Positions 56,897 through 64,000 of a stretch of 64,000 nt of DNA are shown piece by piece. The position numbers and the translations under genes were made by a program. Every line of letters begins with the position of its first letter. The first letter of the stretch is position 1. The DNA is from Thraustochytrium aureum (taxonomy: Eukaryota): NCBI GenBank assembly GCA_012862495.1, contig BLSG01000411.1, forward strand, positions 1-64,000. The letters are read 5' to 3'. A model generated the notes under the pieces. It was not told where the DNA came from. It saw only the letters and a program-made list of their open reading frames with translations, and did no database searches.

Positions 56897-57401
56897 GGCG
56901 ACCGTGTCGACCGTTCCGTCCGTGCGCTGCTGCGCCGAGGNNNNNNNNNNNNNNNNNNNNNNNNNNNNNNNNNNNNNNNNNNNNNNNNNNNNNNNNNNNN
57001 NNNNNNNNNNNNNNNNNNNNNNNNNNNNNNNNNNNNNNNNNNNNNNNNNNNNNNNNNNNNNNNNNNNNNNNNNNNNNNNNNNNNNNNNNNNNNNNNNNNN
57101 NNNNNNNNNNNNNNNNNNNNNNNNNNNNNNNNNNNNNNNNNNNNNNNNNNNNNNNNNNNNNNNNNNNNNNNNNNNNNNNNNNNNNNNNNNNTTCTAAAGA
57201 AATACCGGCTCGGAGCATTTTAGGCTATCTTGCAAGTGCTTGCTCCTAGCTTCCGCCCCAACGACCGCTAGCTAGAGCCCGTTCAACCCCACGAGCAAAC
57301 CGCAATGCAAACCGCACGAGAACCACACATGCCCACAAAGGAAAAGCCCGCTCTCGCGCATTCCATTCCAACCAACCACGTGCACTCGGGGTGAGGCCAG
57401 C

Positions 57402-59028
57402 TCACCGGCGACCCTTTCGCTTTCCCTTGGGCCCCGAGCTAGATCCAGCGGCGGGGGCCGAAGATGCAGCGACGTCCTGGGCATGAGCATCGAGGCGCGC
57501 CGCCTCACGACCTACAACGTCTCCAACGCCCTGCGCTCCCGTGAGCTTGCCACCACGCTTTGATCGCGCCTTGCGCGCCTTGGCGCGAAGCGTGGCTGGG
57601 ATCCAGCGCTCTGGGTCCGGAAGATGCTTTGACGGGTCAAAGTCCTCCCCGTGGCGCATCTTGAGTTCAGCAAGGTAAGCCTCGCGGCGCTTTTCCCTGC
57701 GCTTGGCGGCCTTCTTGGCCTTGGTCACCTTCACCTTGGCCTTGATGGCGGCCATGTCAATGCTGCCTGACGGCGACACCTTGGCCGACAACCCTTGTGC
57801 GCGGCTCGACGAGGATTGGTCCCCAGCGCCAGCGCGCACGCTTGGAGTCGGGGGGGCGCGCACACGGCGCGCCTTGAGCGCGAGACCGGTCTCGAGCGCG
57901 CTGACGTCGACCTGGTGCACTGCGGGAGGCAGGGGAAGCGCCGTGGCCTTGGCTTCGCTGGCTGCGAGGTCCACGTGCGAGCTGGCCATGACAAAGCTCG
58001 CCAAGGCGTCCATGCGAAGAGGCGCTTGCACGGGCCCCATCTTTCCGCTCACCACCGCCTCAAACACGCCCGCGGCTTCCTGGAACCGACCACGCTTCTG
58101 GAGAAATGCACCGTTGACCATTGCGATTCTGACAGCCACCTCGCCTTGGGAGGCCTCGGCGGCCACTTGGCCGAGAAAGTCTTGTGCGGCGTCGGCGTCC
58201 CCACTCGCCTCGCAAAGCGCGACGACGGCAGCTACTACCTTCGGGCTTAGGCGGACCGCCTTCTCCGCGCCGCGCAGCGTGTCGATCGCTGCGCTCAGCT
58301 CGCCCTTGCCAATTTCAATTTGCGCGAGAGCAAGAACAAACGCGGCGCCGGCCTCTGCATCGCTCCCGGCGGCGGAAATCTTGCTGCGCAGGAGATCGGC
58401 GCATTTGTCGACCTTCTTCTCGCGCAGAAGCAGCGCGGCTTCGATCAGGACTGGCTTCTCGCTCGAAGGAAAGCGCTCCGCGAGCTCCGCGAGGAGCTGG
58501 CGACACTCGACAGCTTTTTGCATCTTGAGAAGCAGCAGAGCCTTGTTGAACCAGACCGCGCGCGCGTACGAGGGAGGCAATTTATCTAGAGCCTCTGGGG
58601 TCGCCGCGTGTCGCATCGCCTTGTACGAGTCGAAGAGCTCGTGGTCGCCGCGCATAGCAAGAAGGTTGTTTGCAGCAACCGCAGCGGCGGGCTCGCCGGC
58701 CTCGCAGTCGCGGATTGCCTCGAGGTATTTGAGGCGGATTTCGTCCTCGCTCGCGGCGCGCACGACGTCGTCCGACTGCAGAGCGAAAGCGCGCTGCACG
58801 GAGATGGCGGCGAGCTCGTTGGCGAGCTCTTTCGGCGAGAGGACATCATCCGCCTCGAGGTAGCTCGTGCCGAGCGCGAGAGCGCGATCGAGCGTCGCAA
58901 CTGCAGTGCCGGTCTCTCCGATGGCCAGGAGCGCGCAGGCCTTGTTGTACACGAGGTCATAGTTGGCGCCCTGCTCGAGCTTGTCGCCATGGTCCGCGAG
59001 GAGCTCGAGAGCGCGATCACTCTGCCCA
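57402..59028 (-). CDS. SRP72: Signal recognition particle subunit SRP72 (5' part in gap)
   Basis: YDLVYNKACALL, ELAAISVQRAFALQ, AVAANNL, NKALLLL, TPR-like helices, basic tract plus PDPERWIP RNA-binding motif. Confidence 0.92.
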
Positions 59029-59997
59029 NNNNNNNNNNNNNNNNNNNNNNNNNNNNNNNNNNNNNNNNNNNNNNNNNNNNNNNNNNNNNNNNNNNNNNNN
59101 NNNNNNNNNNNNNNNNNNNNNNNNNNNNNNNNNNNNNNNNNNNNNNNNNNNNNNNNNNNNNNNNNNNNNNNNNNNNNNNNNNNNNNNNNNNNNNNNNNNN
59201 NNNNNNNNNNNNNNNNNNNNNNNNNNNNNNNNNNNNNNNNNNNNNNNNNNNNNNNNNNNNNNNNNNNNNNNNNNNNNNNNNNNNNNNNNNNNNNNNNNNN
59301 NNNNNNNNNNNNNNNNNNNNNNNNNNNNNNNNNNNNNNNNNNNNNNNNNNNNNNNNNNNNNNNNNNNNNNNNNNNNNNNNNNNNNNNNNNNNNNNNNNNN
59401 NNNNNNNNNNNNNNNNNNNNNNNNNNNNNNNNNNNNNNNNNNNNNNNNNNNNNNNNNNNNNNNNNNNNNNNNNNNNNNNNNNNNNNNNNNNNNNNNNNNN
59501 NNNNNNNNNNNNNNNNNNNNNNNNNNNNNNNNNNNNNNNNNNNNNNNNNNNNNNNNNNNNNNNNNNNNNNNNNNNNNNNNNNNNNNNNNNNNNNNNNNNN
59601 NNNNNNNNNNNNNNNNNNNNNNNNNNNNNNNNNNNNNNNNNNNNNNNNNNNNNNNNNNNNNNNNNNNNNNNNGGTTTCACGGCGCGCTGCGCCCTAACCT
59701 GGGGGATGCGACCTAACCTGCCTGATGCGGAATCTCAAGATACACGTGAAGAAGGTACTCTAAGTACCTACTCGCGACGGATGCGCACTGGCAGGAGCAG
59801 TGCAGACCAGAGGGGGAGGGAGGCGGGGGCGCGCGCGAGCGACACGCCAGGTGCCGAAGCGGAAGCGCGCGAGGAGCGGCCGGAGAGGGCGACCGGGCGA
59901 CGCGGATTTGGCAACGCCCAACGCGGCGTCGTCAGCAAGCACACCACGAAGCAGCCGCGCCAACGCATCAGCGGGCGGGCGTTCTGCTTGCAGAAGG

Positions 59998-61968
59998 ATG
60001 GACGAGCTGCTCAAGTTTCAGCAACGTATCGAGGAGAGCCAGAAGAAGCTCGAGGAGATCGAGGCGCGCCGCAGAGCAAACAATGAACTCCTGAAGAAAC
60101 GAAAGGTCGAGGAGGAGAAGGAGCGGATCAAGCGGCAAGAGGAGGAGGATGTGCGGCGAAAGCGCAAAAAGATGAGCCTGTCGAAGGCGCGGTGCACCGT
60201 GATGACCAAAGAGCAGGTTTTCTCTCTCGAACTTGTGCAGCAGGACGTCGCCACGCTGCCGGGCGGCGCAGCGGGGTCTGCTTTCCGGTCCATCGGCGGG
60301 CAGACGCTGGTGCTGTGCGTGGGAAACACGAGTGGCAAACTGGAGGTCCTTGACGCGCTCAACTCGTTCAGTCGAGAGGTTTCCCTCGAAATCAAGGCGG
60401 ACTGCGGAATCTATGCCATGAAGCACGTCATGTGCAAACTTGATCTGCCCAAGGGCTCGCGTAAGCGTCTCGCGCCAGGCGCCGACCCCAAAGGAGCCGC
60501 GACGAGAACAAAGAAAGGCAAAGCGACAGGAGTGGCCGGAGCTGACAAGGGAGCCAAGGGAGCCAACGCTGCAGGCGACGAGATGGGACCCGCCCAAGCC
60601 CTCGCGGAAAGCGGAAGCGCGCCCAGCGCGCCCAGCGCCCCAAGCGGCGCGACGCGCGGGGTGGAGAGCTCTGTCCTGGTCGTCACTGCAGGTTGCGACA
60701 TGTTTCTTGTGAGTACGTGGAACTGGAGCCAGATTTTCTGCATCGAGGACGCCCATGAAAACGAGATCCAGGCACTCGAGGTGATGGAGACGGAGCAACT
60801 CGGGGCAGTGGCACTGTCGTGCTCGCTCGATGCCTCTGTACGATGCTGGAGCACGAGCACCTGGTTGCCCCTCTTCGTTTTGAAGGGCCACAAGGACGCC
60901 GTGCTGTCGCTGTGCGTATTCCCAGCGGCTGCTGGCAATCCTGCGAGCGCACGTCTTTGTACGAGCTCGGACGACACGACTATCCAGGTCTGGGATGTGC
61001 TCAAGTATGTGGACGCCTCGGCGAAGAACCCGCTGGCTGAGGGTGCCGAGCCACCCGAGTACACGACAGCGGAGCGCGTTCTGGACGACCACGAGGACTT
61101 TGTGTCAAACCTTTGCGTGGTAACAACGGCCGGAGAGGGCACGGAGACGGATGCTGGAACCGGCGTGGAGAGTAGTGCGAATAAGGAGCACTATTTGGTT
61201 TCGGCATCGGGCGATTTTTCTTTGCGCGTCTGGAACCGCGAGTGGCAGTGCGTGCGGCAGCTTGAGTCGGACAAGTTTGTCACGCAGGTCTCGGCGGTTG
61301 GGCCCGCCTTGCTGGTGACTGCTCGTTCAGGGCTGGATTTTGACGAGTGTCGCCTGGAGACGTACGTGGTGACAGACCCGAACCCGGTCAAGTGGAAACT
61401 CCGGCCACGTGGGCACAACATACTGCTCCCCTACGCGCTGCTAGCGCAGGAGATTAACTTGCTTTCATTCACAAACGGGGTTCCTCCGGAGGCGCCACGC
61501 GTGGGGTCCTTTATTGCTACTGCCGCAGAGGAGGAGAAGGTTGTGCACATCTGGGCGTCGCCCTTCAAGACTCTCGAGAGCGTGGACCACTCGGACGGGG
61601 CAGCTGGTGGGGCCACGGAGGAGGCCCTTGTCGCGGCCGAGCCGGCATCGACTGTGGCGCCGAAATCGATTGTCGCTGCGCCAAAGGCGGACGGAGCGTC
61701 TCACGCCGGCGCGCAAGTCGCGAGCCCAACGCAGAGTGCGGTTGGTCAGCGCGATGCCAGTCTCCCGGTGGCGATCTCGACAAGGGCTCCTGCAAGTTCG
61801 GCTGTGACTCTGCAACCAACTGCGCGGCTTCCGGACCCGGGGCGATACCCAGGAGACCAACTTGCCAAGCGGTTTATTGCAAATGTCCTCGAGCTGGGCG
61901 ACCTCTCGCCTGACATGCGCCGCTTGCTTGGCGTGTGCCTCGACCTGCACTCTGACACTGGGCGGTAG
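59998..61968 (+). CDS. WD40-repeat protein with N-terminal coiled coil
   Basis: AHENEIQAL..SCSLDASVRCW, GHKDAVLSL..TSSDDTTIQVWD, DHEDFVSNL..SASGDFSLRVWN. Confidence 0.9.
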   Translation: MDELLKFQQRIEESQKKLEEIEARRRANNELLKKRKVEEEKERIKRQEEEDVRRKRKKMSLSKARCTVMTKEQVFSLELVQQDVATLPGGAAGSAFRSIGGQTLVLCVGNTSGKLEVLDALNSFSREVSLEIKADCGIYAMKHVMCKLDLPKGSRKRLAPGADPKGAATRTKKGKATGVAGADKGAKGANAAGDEMGPAQALAESGSAPSAPSAPSGATRGVESSVLVVTAGCDMFLVSTWNWSQIFCIEDAHENEIQALEVMETEQLGAVALSCSLDASVRCWSTSTWLPLFVLKGHKDAVLSLCVFPAAAGNPASARLCTSSDDTTIQVWDVLKYVDASAKNPLAEGAEPPEYTTAERVLDDHEDFVSNLCVVTTAGEGTETDAGTGVESSANKEHYLVSASGDFSLRVWNREWQCVRQLESDKFVTQVSAVGPALLVTARSGLDFDECRLETYVVTDPNPVKWKLRPRGHNILLPYALLAQEINLLSFTNGVPPEAPRVGSFIATAAEEEKVVHIWASPFKTLESVDHSDGAAGGATEEALVAAEPASTVAPKSIVAAPKADGASHAGAQVASPTQSAVGQRDASLPVAISTRAPASSAVTLQPTARLPDPGRYPGDQLAKRFIANVLELGDLSPDMRRLLGVCLDLHSDTGR

Positions 61969-62152
61969 AGTTGCTGATTTCGCGCAAGCGCGGCCAGCGC
62001 GCACTGACTGAGCGCTTTCGAGAGAGAGCTTGAGTAGAGAGATCTGCAGGTAGGTCTTTGCAGTGTTCGCACTGCCGGGGCCCCCATTTGCCACCAAGTC
62101 GGTCCCGTTCAGCACCAAAAGCGCAGCGTAGGGTCCGTCCGAGGCGAAGAAG

Positions 62153-62226
62153 CAGACCAATACTCGGGGCACTGAGTTTACTCGTCGAGAAGACCAAGTA
62201 CCCGGGGCACTGAGTTTACTCGTCGA
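62153..62226. repeat. 38-bp tandem duplication (2 copies)
   Basis: agaccaa..ta..cggggcactgagtttactcgtcga occurs twice. Confidence 0.8.
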
Positions 62227-63025
62227 TTCTGGAGCCGCCAAGGACGATGCAAATATAGCCTCCAAGCTGTGCAGGCCAGGCCATCATGATCACCAGTCTC
62301 CGGAGTGGAAATGTCAGCGTCCGAAGCCGAGTTCGGGGACATCTTTCATTCACACAACCCTGCTCCGCCTTACGATACCCCTAGCTGGGACGCTTTCTTG
62401 AAAACTGTCTCCTTCATAACCACCTATCGATTGCGGCTGTGCAAGTCGCTCAGTGCCCCCCAAGCCGCCTCTTAAGGCCCTGATTGCACCCGATTTGGAC
62501 GTTGTAATTCACGTGCAAGAGGCGTTGAACGCGCGTGTGAAAGCTCATTGTCGGGGACGCGGCGCGTGACAGCGGCTGCAGCGTTCGGCGCAACTTGAAC
62601 CTGCGTGCGACAGCCTCGTCGGATCCTCCTCGGTGTCTCAGCCGCGTCGGATCCTCCTTTTTTATCGCAACCATCACTGGCCTCTCACGCGTCCTTCCCT
62701 CCGTGCTGCTGCTCTCTCGACGCGGACTCCGCTCAACAGAGACAGCTCTGCCTCAGCCCGTGAGCACACAGTCAGTCAGGCGGCCAAGCAGGCACAGGCA
62801 GGCAACTTGATCTGCAATCTCGGTTGGCCTCGCGCCTGAGAGGAGCGTGAGGTCTTCCGCCCTGGCTCGACTCTCGCTGACCGAGTGCGCCTTGTGGCCA
62901 ACGGAGGGCGCAAACTGGTGTGCGATTCAGCCTGGAGCAGGCCTTCGCCTCGGAGGAGGAAAGAGACGCCGAGCAGCACTCACTGGCAGCCCTCATCCTG
63001 CCAGCCTGCCTGCCTGCCGCAGCGC

Positions 63026-63027
<2 letters not shown>

Positions 63028-63075
<48 letters not shown>

Positions 63076-63512
63076 ACGCCCCTGGAGACATCCTGGCAAG
63101 TGCTGTTCGTTCCTGCTGGATGCCGCCTTGCTTCTCTCCCGCTTTAACGACCTGCCCGCCACTCCCCGCGCGACTTCGCGCACAAATTGCCACACGTTCA
63201 GCTCCGTGCGGCGCCCCTCTCTGCCTGCCGCGGGACTCGGTTCAGTGCGCCCCTCTCTGCGGGAGCAAAACCGCCTCAAGAGTCCGGACACTGCGAGAGC
63301 AGAAGAGGAGGGGCCTCTTGGTGTTCCACGTGGAGACCCGTGTCCGATTGTGCGCTTTTCGCCGGTTTTTCCTTTGTCGGAAGGGAGAGCTGGGCGGTTA
63401 TCCTTGTGCTGCGCCACATTTATTGGCGTCTGGAAGAGTGAGTGAAAAGAGTCCGTTTGCATCGTGGTCGAGGAGAGCCCAACGACCGCGGCAGAGCAGC
63501 AGCGCGGCCAGC

Positions 63513-63545
<33 letters not shown>

Positions 63546-63565
63546 GGCGGCGGCGGCAGCAGCAG
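63028..63565. repeat. (CTG)15 at 63028-63072 and (CAG)10 at 63515-63544
   Basis: Seen directly. Confidence 0.9.
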
Positions 63566-63775
63566 CTAGCGGCTGCAGCACAGTCTCGGAACACACCGCT
63601 GGGCGGCCAGCCGTCCGCGACAGCGCAAGGCCGTCTCGGAAGCGGCTTGACGATCAGGTGGGAAATTCTCAAGAAGGCAGCGGCGGTTGGGCCAAGGCGC
63701 GAGCGAGGCGGGCACGGGGGCGCCACAGCCCCAGGCAGACCTTTTCAGGCGCATCGACGGGCGACCGCGCGCGGG

Positions 63776-64000
63776 ATGGCGGGCCCGAACGGGGCCAGCG
63801 CCCGCGGCGCGGATGAACACATTCAAGTCAAGGTCGGCTTCAAGGAAGGGACGTGCTGGCGGCCCGCGTACCAACGCAACAACAAGTCGAAAGGGCAGAA
63901 GAACCTGAGGTGTTTCCCCAACTGCTGCATCGGGTTCGGCCACCAGGATGGGTTTTGCGGCCAGGCCGTGACCATGCAGTTCGAGTACCCAACAGGGGCG
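63776..64000 (+). CDS. Partial CDS (runs off the window) with a Cys/His-rich conserved-looking domain
   Basis: MAGPNG...CWRPAYQRNNKSKGQKNLRCFPNCCIGFGHQDGFCGQAV. Open to the window end with coding-like codon bias; absent from the ORF track because there is no stop. Confidence 0.7.
   Translation, partial: MAGPNGASARGADEHIQVKVGFKEGTCWRPAYQRNNKSKGQKNLRCFPNCCIGFGHQDGFCGQAVTMQFEYPTGA

Overview
GC-rich, gene-dense eukaryotic DNA with a few short GT-AG introns, eight scaffold gaps and several probable indel errors. Gene content and style suggest a stramenopile protist, possibly a labyrinthulomycete/thraustochytrid (inference, not verified). Most of the window is housekeeping or signalling: multi-TM TKL kinase with a cNMP domain, IQ protein, PhyH dioxygenase, YY1-like zinc finger, PqiA-like protein, VPS29, RPS25, NCKX-type exchanger, MOSC, RidA, a carrier protein, CDK8, TLC, POT1-like, PKG-like, VPS50, SRP72 and WD40. 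The standout is a divergent gene pair at 760-8578. One gene is a stand-alone malonyl-type acyltransferase (FabD-like). The other is an intronless ~1937-aa mini type-I PKS with the architecture AT-ACP-KS-ACP-[Zn-dependent MetE-core/epoxyalkane:CoM-transferase-like]-[unknown]-[class B flavin monooxygenase], with no KR, DH, ER or TE. Its embedded AT lacks the malonyl-binding Arg (loading-type) and its KS-ACP module has no AT, so the neighbouring FabD plausibly acts in trans. This may be an undescribed sulfur-incorporating or oxidative mini-assembly line. Other oddities are a POT1-PDZ fusion and a PKG-architecture kinase whose three cNMP pockets all carry the PKA-type RAA signature. No database searches were run; family calls come from recognising motifs by eye.
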